In this document: positions 5,996 to 14,308 of the stretch, piece by piece
How positions within the stretch are numbered: position 1 is the stretch's first letter
How the letters are laid out: every line of letters starts with the position of its first letter
Origin: Kineococcus radiotolerans SRS30216 = ATCC BAA-149
GTDB lineage: Bacteria > Actinomycetota > Actinomycetes > Actinomycetales > Kineococcaceae
Assembly: GCF_000017305.1 (NCBI RefSeq)
Contig: NC_009664.2
Coordinates: forward strand, 540,001 to 572,000
Direction of reading: 5' to 3'
Length of the DNA stretch: 32,000 nt
Position numbers and translations under genes: made by a program
The notes under the pieces: model-generated
What the model was told of the DNA's origin: nothing
What the model saw: only the letters and a program-made list of their open reading frames with translations
Databases searched by the model: none

Positions 5996-7987
5996 TCAGA
6001 TGCTGAGGTCGAGGCGCCCGTCGGCGGCCGCGGCCGCGGTGCGGGCCGCGCTGCGGCGCTCGTCGGTGGCGAACAGCGACGCGCGCGAGCCCTGGCCGTA
6101 GCCGGGGCCGGGCTGCCGGCCCTGGGACCCGGCGGAGGAGCCCTGCTGACCCGCGCCGAACTGGGCGTCGGCGGACTGGCGCTGCTGGGAGCCGGAACCG
6201 GTGCTCACGTCGACGGTGGTCTGGGTGAAGCCGGAGCCGGACAGCTCCCGCTGCAGGTCGCCCACCGCGGCCTTCAGGGCGTGGCGGGCGGCCTCGGAGG
6301 CCCCGGCGAGGGAGACGTGCAGCGCTCCCCCGGTGACCTCGGCGGTGACCTTGACCGTGCCGAGCCCCTCCGGGGTGACCTCCACGGTCATCCGGTGCAC
6401 CGCGTCGGCCGCGGGCAGGTCGTCCAAGCGGGCCGCGACGCCCTGGGCGAAGGCGGCCGGGTTGGTCAGCGGCAGCGGCGCGGGCGGGGTCGAGGTGGTC
6501 GCGACGGCCGGGCTGCCGGTGACCGCGGTGCCCGTCACGGCCGGGGCGGTCGTGGGCACCGCGGTGGGGGTCGGGTCGACGACCTGGACCGGCGCCTTCA
6601 GCGCGGCCTGGGGAACGGCGGCCGTGGGCGACGCGGTCGGGCCGGCGACCGGGGCCACCGGCTGCTGCGGCACGGGGAACTCCCCCGCGGCGGTGCGCGG
6701 CGCGGCCGGCGCCACCGGCGAGGCCACCGGGCCGGGCTGACCCTGCTGGCCGGGCTGGCCCTGCTGGCCGGGCTGGCCCTGCTGGCCGGCCTGGCCGCCG
6801 GTGCCGGACTGCCCCGCCGGGGCGGCGGTCACGGCAGGGGCGCCCGACGGGGCGGGAGCCTCGACCGGGACCGGCTGGCCCTGCGGCGCAGCGGTGTTCG
6901 AGGGCACCGGGACGGCGGGGACGGGCGTTCCCGCGCCGGCCGGCTGCGGCGCGACGGAGGTGACCGCCTGCCCCGCGGCCGTGGCCGGGGCGGTCTGGTC
7001 GGTGAGCACGGCGTTCTTGATGACGTGCTGCGGCAGGCCCGTGAGCGCGGTCTGCACGGCCACCGGGGAGGCGGACGACGCGGCGGGGGCGGCGGGGGTG
7101 GAGGTGAGCGCGGCGCCGGCGAGCGTCGCCTCGGCCGGGGCGGCCGGGGCGGTGGGCGCAGCCGGGGCCGCCACGGCCGGGGCGATGGGCGCGGTGGAGG
7201 CGCCCGGCGTGGCGGGAGCGGCGACGGGGGCCGGGGCGGCCGGGGCGACTGCGGCGGGCGCGGGCTGGGCCCCCGGGACCGGGGCGGCCGGGACGGCCGG
7301 TACGGGCACGGTGGCGGTCTCCCCCGCACCCGGGGCGGGCACGGCGGCGGGGACCGCGGTCGCGACCGCCGGGACGCCCTCGACACCCACGACACCCGCG
7401 GCCGGCGCGGTCGCCGGGGCCGGGGTCTCGGTCCTGGGGGTCAGCGCGGCGCGCAGCGCGGCGGGCAGCCCGAGCAGCGAGGGGTCCACCGGGAGGGCGG
7501 GACCCGCGGGAGCCGCGGCGTCGGCCGCTTCGTCGGGGGTCCCGCCGGCGGTCTCGTCGGTGCCGCGGACGGCGTCGCCGCGGTGGGCCGCGGGGCCGGT
7601 GGCCTCGGTGGCCGCGGCGTCCTCGACGCGGGCGGGGTCGCGCTTGGTGCGCACGGCGGGCCGGTGCGCGGGCTCGGGGCGCTCGGGGCGGGTCTCCGCG
7701 GGGCGCTCGGGGCGGGGGTCCTCGCCGCGGGCCGGGGTCCCGGCGCGCGCGACGTCGTCCCGGGCGTCCCGCTGGTCCCGTGCGTCCCGGGCGTCGCGCT
7801 GGTCCCGTGCGTCCCGGGCGTCGCGCTGGTCCCGCGCGGTGGTGCGCAGGTCCTGCACGGCCTGCCCGAAGGAGTCGGCGAAGGCCGACCCGCTGTCGGA
7901 CCCCGTGGAGGAGCGTCCGGGCTCCCGCGCGGCCGGGGTCGGGAAGGGCAGCGTCGTCAGCGACGTCGTAGACAGGTTGGCGCTCAC
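5996..7987 (-). CDS. fliK: Flagellar hook-length control protein FliK (unusually long, Ala/Pro-rich, with in-frame tandem repeats)
   Basis: 663 aa. The C-terminal region (VHRMTVEVTPEGLGTVKVTAEVTGGALHVSLAGASEAARHALKAAVGDLQRELSGSGF) matches the FliK C-terminal (Flg_hook) domain pattern. Position between fliJ/hydrolase and flgD fits. The competing frame 5898..7994 is Arg/Pro junk. Confidence 0.8.
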   Translation of the reverse strand: MSANLSTTSLTTLPFPTPAAREPGRSSTGSDSGSAFADSFGQAVQDLRTTARDQRDARDARDQRDARDARDQRDARDDVARAGTPARGEDPRPERPAETRPERPEPAHRPAVRTKRDPARVEDAAATEATGPAAHRGDAVRGTDETAGGTPDEAADAAAPAGPALPVDPSLLGLPAALRAALTPRTETPAPATAPAAGVVGVEGVPAVATAVPAAVPAPGAGETATVPVPAVPAAPVPGAQPAPAAVAPAAPAPVAAPATPGASTAPIAPAVAAPAAPTAPAAPAEATLAGAALTSTPAAPAASSASPVAVQTALTGLPQHVIKNAVLTDQTAPATAAGQAVTSVAPQPAGAGTPVPAVPVPSNTAAPQGQPVPVEAPAPSGAPAVTAAPAGQSGTGGQAGQQGQPGQQGQPGQQGQPGPVASPVAPAAPRTAAGEFPVPQQPVAPVAGPTASPTAAVPQAALKAPVQVVDPTPTAVPTTAPAVTGTAVTGSPAVATTSTPPAPLPLTNPAAFAQGVAARLDDLPAADAVHRMTVEVTPEGLGTVKVTAEVTGGALHVSLAGASEAARHALKAAVGDLQRELSGSGFTQTTVDVSTGSGSQQRQSADAQFGAGQQGSSAGSQGRQPGPGYGQGSRASLFATDERRSAARTAAAAADGRLDLSI
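6732..6803 (-). repeat. In-frame 18-bp tandem repeat (3 good units plus 1 degenerate) inside fliK (encodes GQQGQP repeats)
   Basis: ccgggctgRccctgctgg at 6732, 6750 and 6768; a degenerate unit at 6786. Confidence 0.85.
7760..7840 (-). repeat. In-frame 27-bp tandem repeat x3 inside fliK (encodes RDQRDARDA x3)
   Basis: Units 7760-7786, 7787-7813 and 7814-7840 are near-identical (ccgggcgtcScgctggtcccgYgcgKY). Confidence 0.9.
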
Positions 7988-9090
7988 GCGGCACTCCCGA
8001 GGTCGGCGGTGATCTTCTTGACGTAGTTCTGGGTCTCGGCGAAGGGCGGGATGCCGCCGTGCTTGCGGACGTTGCCGGGCCCGGCGTTGTAGGCGGCCAG
8101 GGCCAGCGGCACCGAGCCGAAGGTCTTCAGGTTCTGCGAGAGGTACTTGCCGGCGGCGTCGATGGAGGCCATCGGGTCGCGGGGGTCGATCCCGAGGCTG
8201 CGGGCGGTGGCGGGCATGAACTGCATGAGCCCGGTCGCCCCGGCGGGGCTCTTGGCGTTCGGGTTGAACCCGGACTCCTGCTTGGCCACGGCCCTCAGCA
8301 GCCCGGCGGGCAGCCCGTGCTTCTGCTCCGCGGCGCTGAAGGCGGCCTCGTAGGGGGCGGACTTCGCGGAGGCCGACGAGGCGGAGGACAGCGAGGCGGG
8401 GCGGACGTAGCTGGAGGTGTCGGCCGCGGAGGTCGCCCCCACCCCGGTGAGCAGGGCCGCGGCGACGCCGGCGCCGGCGGCGGTGGTGGCCGCGGCGGCG
8501 CCGAGGCGGCGGATGGTCATGGGGGTCTCCCAGACCTTGGAGATCTTCACGACGTCACCCGTCTTCGGCGCGTGCAGCATCTTGCCGTCGCCGACGTAGA
8601 TCCCGATGTGGTGCCCGTTCTCCAGGACCACAAGGTCGCCGGGCCTGGCCTGGGCGAGGCCGGGCACGGCGGTGCCGACCGTGGCCTGCTGGGCCGCGGT
8701 GCGCGGCAGCGTCAGGCCGACCTGCTTCCCGGCGTACTGGATCAGCCCGGAGCAGTCGAAGCCGGCCGGGGTCGTCCCGCCCCACTTGTAGGGGACGCCG
8801 GTGTACTGCTTGGCGACGGAGAGCAGCTGCTCCCCCGCCGAGCTGGAGCTGAGGGTCCGCATCCCGCGCCCGACCAGCCCCGCCGTCGCGGCGGGGGTGG
8901 CGGAACCGCTGGTGGACAGCAGGTCCGCGAAGCCCTCGGAGCCGACCCCGGCCGTGGCCGTGGCCGTGGCCGGCGCCGTGGACGTGGTCGCGGCGGTGCG
9001 CGCGAGGGTGCGCACCGGCAGCGTCCCGGACAGCTGCGCGATGCGGGACTCGATGTCGGCGATGCGGGACTGGATCTCGGCGATGCTCAC
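7984..9090 (-). CDS. Bifunctional cell-wall hydrolase: NlpC/P60 endopeptidase domain + SLT-type lytic transglycosylase domain (candidate flagellum-dedicated peptidoglycan remodeller)
   Basis: Start re-set to GTG 9090 (GGAGGGGGG upstream; GTGA overlap with the fliJ stop). 368 aa. P60 motifs: YKWGGTTPAGFDCSGLIQY, GHHIGIYVGDGKMLHAP. SLT motifs: AVAKQESGFNPNA, GLMQFMP, AAYNAGPGNV. N-terminus VSIAEIQSRIADIESRIAQL is coiled-coil-like with no Sec/Tat-type hydrophobic signal. Confidence 0.85.
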   Translation of the reverse strand: MSIAEIQSRIADIESRIAQLSGTLPVRTLARTAATTSTAPATATATAGVGSEGFADLLSTSGSATPAATAGLVGRGMRTLSSSSAGEQLLSVAKQYTGVPYKWGGTTPAGFDCSGLIQYAGKQVGLTLPRTAAQQATVGTAVPGLAQARPGDLVVLENGHHIGIYVGDGKMLHAPKTGDVVKISKVWETPMTIRRLGAAAATTAAGAGVAAALLTGVGATSAADTSSYVRPASLSSASSASAKSAPYEAAFSAAEQKHGLPAGLLRAVAKQESGFNPNAKSPAGATGLMQFMPATARSLGIDPRDPMASIDAAGKYLSQNLKTFGSVPLALAAYNAGPGNVRKHGGIPPFAETQNYVKKITADLGSAA

Positions 9091-9548
9091 GGGGTGCCCC
9101 CCTCCAGCTGGGCCCGGCGACGGGCCTTGGCGGCGAACTCGGCGACGGTGCGGTCGTCGAGGGCGTTCTGGTCGGCGAGCAGCGCGGCCTGCTCCTGGGC
9201 GATCTCGTGGCGCTCGACGATGCGTTCGAGGGAACGCTCGGCGCGGCGGGCGCGGGCCCAGGCGGCCTGCTTGTGACCGAGGTCGGCCTCGGCGCGGGCG
9301 ACGAGCGCCCGGGTGTTGTCCAGGTCGGCGACCAGCGCGGCACGGCGGGCCACGCCCGCGGTCCACGCCGCCATGGTCTCGTCGGACAGGTGCGCCTCGC
9401 CGAGCTCGTGGCGGACGCGGGCGGCGCGCCTCTGCTCGTTGCGCAGCACCGCGTTGGCCGCGGCGACGTCGACCTTGATCTGCTCCTGCTGCACCTTGCG
9501 CAGCTTCAGCAGCGCCAGGATCGCCTTGGTCGTCTTGGCCGCGCTCAC
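9087..9548 (-). CDS. fliJ: Flagellar export chaperone FliJ
   Basis: Start re-set to GTG 9548 (GGAGG 6 nt upstream; GTGA overlap with the fliI stop). 153 aa, fully coiled-coil and charged (ALLKLRKVQQEQIKVDVAAANAVLRNEQRR...). Canonical position after fliI. The remainder of ORF 9087..11018 is an alternative frame of fliI. Confidence 0.75.
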   Translation of the reverse strand: MSAAKTTKAILALLKLRKVQQEQIKVDVAAANAVLRNEQRRAARVRHELGEAHLSDETMAAWTAGVARRAALVADLDNTRALVARAEADLGHKQAAWARARRAERSLERIVERHEIAQEQAALLADQNALDDRTVAEFAAKARRRAQLEGGTP

Positions 9549-10906
9549 CGCACACCTCCGAAGGTCGAGACCAGTTGCTGCAGCTGCGCCCAGGCCTGCG
9601 GGGCGGGGGTGATGTCGTGGATGTCCTGGCGCAGGAAGGCGTTGATCGCGGGCAGCTGGGCCACCGCGGCGTCGACCTCGGGGTTGGCGCCGGGCTGGTA
9701 GGCGCCGACGTCGATGAGCTCCTTGGCGTCGCGGTGGGCGGCCATGACCCGGCGCAGCGCCGTGGCGGCGCTCTTCTGCTCGGGCGTGGTGACGCGGCCG
9801 GCGACGCGGGAGACCGACTCCAGGACGTCGATGGTCGGGAAGTGCCCGGCCGTGGCCAGGCGGCGGTCCAGGACGACGTGGCCGTCGAGGATGGAGCGCG
9901 CGTTGTCGGCGATGGGCTCGTTGTGGTCGTCGCCGTCGACGAGGACGGTGTAGATCCCGGTGATGGAGCCGGTGACCCCGGGCCCGGCCCGTTCCAGCAG
10001 CCGCGGCATGAGCGCGAAGACGCTCGGCGGGTAGCCGCGGGTGGCGGGGGGTTCGCCCACGGACAGGCCGATCTCGCGCTGGGCCATGGCGACGCGGGTG
10101 AGGGAGTCCATCATGAGGACGCAGTCGGCGCCCATGTCGCGGAAGGACTCCGCGACGGTGGTCGCCGTCAGCGAGGCGCGCAGGCGCAGCACGGGGGCCT
10201 CGTCGGAGGTGGCGATGACGACGACGGAGCGGGCCAGGCCCTCGGGGCCGAGGTCGTCCTCGAGGAACTCGCGGACCTCCCGCCCGCGCTCGCCGACCAG
10301 GGCCAGCACCGACACGTCGGCGGAGGTGCCCCGGGCGATCATCGACAGCAGGGAGGACTTGCCGACGCCGGAGCCGGCGAAGATGCCGAAGCGCTGCCCG
10401 CGCCCGGCGGGGACCAGGGTGTCCAGGGCCCGCACGCCGAGGCTGAGGGGGGCGTCGACGCGCCCGCGGGTCATGGCCGGGGGCGGGGTGGCGTGCAGGG
10501 GGCCGCGGGGGGCGGTGTGCAGGGGCGGGCCCCCGTCGAGGGGGTTGCCCAGCGCGTCGACGACGCGGCCCAGCAGCGCGGGGCCGACGGGGACGTCGGA
10601 GGGGCGCCGGACCGCCACGGCGGGGGCGCCGGCGGCCAGGCCGGTGAGGTGACCCAGCGGCAGGCAGCGCAGGCGCGACCCCTCCGCGGCGACGACCTCG
10701 GCGGGGATGGAGTACCGCTCGTCGCCGAGGCGGACGGTCTCCCCCACCGCGGCCTCCAGGCCGGAGACCTCCACGGAGAGGCCGACGATGCCGGAGACCC
10801 GCCCGCGGACCTCGGGACGGGCCGCCTCGACGGCCCGGGCGACCTGCGGCGCGAGGATCTCGCGCACGCCGGCCGCCAGGCGGTGGGAGACGAGCTGGGC
10901 GCTCAC
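9545..10906 (-). CDS. fliI: Flagellum-specific ATPase FliI
   Basis: 453 aa. Walker A GIFAGSGVGKSSLLSMI, Walker B CVLMMDSLTRVA. F1/T3SS ATPase family architecture. Confidence 0.95.
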   Translation of the reverse strand: MSAQLVSHRLAAGVREILAPQVARAVEAARPEVRGRVSGIVGLSVEVSGLEAAVGETVRLGDERYSIPAEVVAAEGSRLRCLPLGHLTGLAAGAPAVAVRRPSDVPVGPALLGRVVDALGNPLDGGPPLHTAPRGPLHATPPPAMTRGRVDAPLSLGVRALDTLVPAGRGQRFGIFAGSGVGKSSLLSMIARGTSADVSVLALVGERGREVREFLEDDLGPEGLARSVVVIATSDEAPVLRLRASLTATTVAESFRDMGADCVLMMDSLTRVAMAQREIGLSVGEPPATRGYPPSVFALMPRLLERAGPGVTGSITGIYTVLVDGDDHNEPIADNARSILDGHVVLDRRLATAGHFPTIDVLESVSRVAGRVTTPEQKSAATALRRVMAAHRDAKELIDVGAYQPGANPEVDAAVAQLPAINAFLRQDIHDITPAPQAWAQLQQLVSTFGGVR

Positions 10907-11688
10907 GCCGGGTCTCCGCTCGACCCTTCGGTACCCACGAGGGCTTCCAGGGCCCGGGAGACGCTGGCCCGCAGGCCCGCGTCCACCTCGGTGTCGCCCT
11001 GGCGCGCGACGGCGTCACCCGGTTGGACGGTGGGGTCAGGCAGGTAGGTCACGAGGTCTGCATCGGACGAAGCGTGCCGACCCTTGAGGGCGTCACCCGT
11101 CAGGGCGCTCAAGTCGGCCGGGTTGACGCGGACGGTGACCGGCTTCTCCCCGTCCAGGGGCCTCAGGGCCCGCTGGACGGCGTCGTGCACCGGGGAGCCG
11201 GCGAGGGTGACCTCGCGGTCCAGGACGGCGCCGGCGAGCTCCAGGGCGAGCTCCAGGACGGTGTCGGCCAGGGCCCCGATGCCGGGTTCGCGCTCGGCGC
11301 GCAGCGCCTCCCCGGCGGTGAAGAGGGCCTCCTCGGCCCGGTTGCGGGCCGCGCGCCGCTCCTCGCGGTCCAGCCGGGCCGCGGTCTCGGCGGCCTCGCG
11401 CTGCCGCTCCAGCTCGGCCGCGGCCTTCTCCGCGGCCTGGCGCATGCCCGCCGCCCAGCCCGCGGCGTAGCCCTCGGTGCGGGCGGACTCGCGGACCCGC
11501 TGCAGCGCCTCGGAGTCGTCGCGGCCGGTGAGGTCGAGACCGACGAAGCCCCGGGGGGAGGTGCTCGTCGCGGCCGGGACCGCGACGAACACCCGGGGCT
11601 CACGGGTCCCCGGCCGGGTGTCGGCCGGGGTGAACGCCCGCGACGAGGTCGCGGGACGGGACGCGTCACGCCACGAAGTCATCGTCAC
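10903..11688 (-). CDS. fliH: Flagellar assembly protein FliH (start uncertain: GTG 11688 or ATG 11682, both inside the fliG 3' end)
   Basis: 261 aa. Central charged coiled coil (AAEKAAAELERQREAAETAARLDREERRAARNRAEE) followed by a FliH-type C-terminal domain. Lies between fliG and fliI. GTGA overlap with the fliI start. Confidence 0.75.
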   Translation of the reverse strand: MTMTSWRDASRPATSSRAFTPADTRPGTREPRVFVAVPAATSTSPRGFVGLDLTGRDDSEALQRVRESARTEGYAAGWAAGMRQAAEKAAAELERQREAAETAARLDREERRAARNRAEEALFTAGEALRAEREPGIGALADTVLELALELAGAVLDREVTLAGSPVHDAVQRALRPLDGEKPVTVRVNPADLSALTGDALKGRHASSDADLVTYLPDPTVQPGDAVARQGDTEVDAGLRASVSRALEALVGTEGSSGDPA

Positions 11689-12691
11689 CGCCGCGGGTCA
11701 GCACGATCTGGCCGGACTCCTCGAGCTGGCGGATGATCGCGACGACCTTCTGCTGCGACTCCTCGACCGCGGACATGCGGACCGGGCCGAGCAGCTCGAT
11801 CTCGTCGATGAGGTTCTCCCGGGCGCGCTCGGAGACGTTCTTGAGGATCTTGTCGCGCACCGTGTCGGTGACGCCCTTGAGGGCGGTGGCCAGGTCGGCG
11901 GTCTCCACCCCGCGCAGGACGAGCTGGATGGCGCGGTCGTCGAGGGTGGTGATGTCCTCGAAGACGAACATGAGCGCGCGGATCTCCTCGGCCAAGGCGG
12001 AGTTCTTGGTCGCCAGGCCCTCGAGGATGGAGCGCTCGGTGCCGCGGTCGGCGCGGTTGATGATGTCGACCAGGGGCTGGACGCCGCCGACGGCGGTGTT
12101 CGTCTTGGCCTGCAGCACCGTGGAGGTGCGGCGCTGGACGACGTCCTCGACGAGGCGGACGTACTCGGAGCTGGTCGCCTCCATGGTGGCGATGCGCAGC
12201 GCGATGTCGGCCTGCATGTCCGGCGAGAGCCCGCCCAGGATCATCGAGGCCTGGTCCGGGCGCAGGTGCGCCACGACGAGGGCGATGGTCTGGGGGTGCT
12301 CGCCGGTGAGGAAGGTGAGGATCTGCTGGGGGTCGGCCTGGTGCAGGAACTGGAACGGCTGCACGATGGCCGCCTCGGCGACCCGGCCGAGGACCTCCGC
12401 GGCCCCCTCGGCGCCCAGGGCGCCCTCGAGGAGGGACTGGGCGAAGTCCAGGCCACCGAGCCCGCCGCGCAACGGCGAGGCGATCATCCCGTGGAACTCC
12501 TCCAGGACGATGCCGGCGATCTCCGGGGAGACCGAGCGCAGCCGCAGGATCTCCGCGGTCAGCTCCTCGATCTCGGCGGGGCGCAGGTGGGAGAGCACCT
12601 TGGCGGCGTTCTCCTGACCGACCTGCATGAGCAGGACGGCGGCCTTCTGGGCGCCGCTCATGGGCGCGACCTCGAGCTCGGTGGACACCAC
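11666..12691 (-). CDS. fliG: Flagellar motor switch protein FliG
   Basis: 341 aa. MSGAQKAAVLLMQVGQENAAKVLSHL..., EIRALMFVFEDI, and a C-terminal charged helix region. GGAGG 9 nt upstream of GTG 12691 (alternative ATG at 12661). Confidence 0.95.
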   Translation of the reverse strand: MVSTELEVAPMSGAQKAAVLLMQVGQENAAKVLSHLRPAEIEELTAEILRLRSVSPEIAGIVLEEFHGMIASPLRGGLGGLDFAQSLLEGALGAEGAAEVLGRVAEAAIVQPFQFLHQADPQQILTFLTGEHPQTIALVVAHLRPDQASMILGGLSPDMQADIALRIATMEATSSEYVRLVEDVVQRRTSTVLQAKTNTAVGGVQPLVDIINRADRGTERSILEGLATKNSALAEEIRALMFVFEDITTLDDRAIQLVLRGVETADLATALKGVTDTVRDKILKNVSERARENLIDEIELLGPVRMSAVEESQQKVVAIIRQLEESGQIVLTRGGDDDFVA

Positions 12692-12694
12692 GGG

Positions 12695-14308
12695 TCAGGA
12701 CCTCCGATCGGCGAGCCAGCCGCGGAGCAGTTCCGCGACTTCCTCGGGCTGGCGGGAGACGAGTTCGACGACCTCGGTGCGGCGGGCGGCCGCGGCCTCC
12801 AGGGCCGGGTCCACCGGTGCTGCTTCGAGCGCCACCGGCCTTTCGACCACCGGAGCGATTTCCTTGAGCTCCTCGTCCAGGCCGGTGATGTCGCCCAGCT
12901 GCAGCGGCTCGACGTCCAGGACGTCGACCGTCTCCACCTTGCGGCGGCGGAAGGCGACCAGGATGACGACCAGCATGATCAGGACGAGCAGGCCCAGGGC
13001 GGCGGTCTTGGCGTAGCCGATGAGGGTGGTCTGCTGGTCGGCCTCGTCGGCCGCGGCGAGCGCGGCGGCGGCCTCGGCCGCGGCGGTGTCGTCGAAGGCG
13101 GTCTTGACGACCGAGACGCTGTCCCCGCGGGTGGCGTCGATGCCCGCGGCCTGGTTGACGATCTGGGTGATCTGGTTGACGTCGGCGGCCCCGGCGGCGC
13201 CCTTCGCGCCGGCGTTGACGACGACGGAGACCGTCTGCTTCTCCAGCTTGCCCGGGGCCTGCTTGGTGACCGTGTCGATCTTGTTGATCGCGTTGTTGTT
13301 GGTCTCGGACTTCTTGGCGTAGCCGCCGCCGTTCTCGGCGTCGCCACCGGGCACGGCGATGTTGTCGGGGCCCAGGACACCGGTCGCGGCGGCGCCGGTG
13401 GTGCCCTCGTAGGTCTCCTCGGTCTTGGCCTCGGCCAGGGGGTCGATCTCCTGCGGCTGGCTGTAGGTCGTGGAGGACTCGGTCTTGTCGTCGTAGTTGA
13501 GGGTCGCCTTGACCGTCGCCTTGACGTTGCCCTTGCCGTAGACGCTCTCGAGGAAGGTCTGCAGGTCGGCGCTGGCCGAGGCGTTGTAGTCGCTGGTCTT
13601 CTCCTGCTGGGCGGAGGAGCCGGACCCGTCGGTGGAGAGGGTGTTGCCCTTGTCGTCGACCACCGAGACGTTCGCGGGGTCCATGCCCTCGACGCCGCCG
13701 GAGACGAGGTTGACGATGGAGGTCACCTGGTCGTTGGACAGCTCCTTGCCCGGGCGCAGCTTGACCAGGACCGACGCGGTGGTCGGGTCCTGCTCGTCGA
13801 GGAAGACGTCCTTCTGCGGGATGGCCAGGTTGACCACGGCCGACTCGACACCGTCGATCGACTCGATGGTGCTCTCCAGCTCACCCTGCAGGACCTTCTG
13901 GTAGGTCTTCTGCTGCATGAACTCCGAGGTGGTCACCTTCTGCTCGGTGAGCAGGGTGTAGCCGGAGCCGGTGTCGGCGGGCAGGCCCGCACCCGACATC
14001 GCCAGCCGCTCGCTGTCGACCACGTCGGCCGGCACCAGGATCGTGGCGCCGTTGTCGGCGAGCTGGTAGGGCACGCCGTCCGCGTCGAGCTTCTCCACCA
14101 TGGCGTTGGCGTCGGCGCCCGAGAGGTTCGAGAACATCGGGGTGTACGACGGGGTGGACGCCCACCGGGAGAAGAGGACGGCGCCGCCGAGGAGGGCGAC
14201 GACGACCGCGATGACGACCGCCTTCTGGCCGGTCGAGAAGGTCCGGAATCCGGAGACGAAGTTCTTGGCGTTCTCGACGATCGCCGCGCTTCCCTTGGCC
14301 TTGGCCAT
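12695..14308 (-). CDS. fliF: Flagellar MS-ring protein FliF
   Basis: 537 aa. N-terminal TM (AVVIAVVVALLGGAVLF), YscJ/FliF ring-building region (PSYTPMFSNLSGADANAMVEKLDADGVPYQL), second TM near the C-terminus (AALGLLVLIMLVVILVAF). Confidence 0.95.
   Translation of the reverse strand: MAKAKGSAAIVENAKNFVSGFRTFSTGQKAVVIAVVVALLGGAVLFSRWASTPSYTPMFSNLSGADANAMVEKLDADGVPYQLADNGATILVPADVVDSERLAMSGAGLPADTGSGYTLLTEQKVTTSEFMQQKTYQKVLQGELESTIESIDGVESAVVNLAIPQKDVFLDEQDPTTASVLVKLRPGKELSNDQVTSIVNLVSGGVEGMDPANVSVVDDKGNTLSTDGSGSSAQQEKTSDYNASASADLQTFLESVYGKGNVKATVKATLNYDDKTESSTTYSQPQEIDPLAEAKTEETYEGTTGAAATGVLGPDNIAVPGGDAENGGGYAKKSETNNNAINKIDTVTKQAPGKLEKQTVSVVVNAGAKGAAGAADVNQITQIVNQAAGIDATRGDSVSVVKTAFDDTAAAEAAAALAAADEADQQTTLIGYAKTAALGLLVLIMLVVILVAFRRRKVETVDVLDVEPLQLGDITGLDEELKEIAPVVERPVALEAAPVDPALEAAAARRTEVVELVSRQPEEVAELLRGWLADRRS

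Noticed and set aside
6732-7840. Tandem repeats as a possible CRISPR array or minisatellite
   Set aside because: The units are contiguous with no spacers, in frame within fliK, and encode peptide repeats. No cas genes are present.
5898-8026. Long ORFs 5898..7994 (-, 698 aa), 5975..8026 (+, 683 aa) and 6801..8012 (+, 403 aa) overlapping fliK
   Set aside because: Their translations are Arg/Pro/Gly-dominated with no domain-like segments. This is the usual open alternative-frame artefact of ~74% GC DNA. Only frame 5996..7987 gives a FliK-like C-terminal domain.
8520-8560. Ala/Gly-rich segment (AAAATTAAGAGVAAALLTGVGA) between the P60 and SLT domains as a TM helix
   Set aside because: It is too weakly hydrophobic and low-complexity, so more likely an interdomain linker. 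It cannot be settled without a TM predictor.
9091-9555. N-terminal 155 codons of ORF 7984..9555, and likewise the extended 5' parts of ORFs 9087..11018, 14308..15087, 3397..3903, 15196..15636 and 26992..28686
   Set aside because: These extensions are alternative frames of the upstream gene or run through intergenic hairpins, and are Arg/Pro/Gly-rich. Internal GTG/ATG starts with good SD sequences give canonical N-termini.
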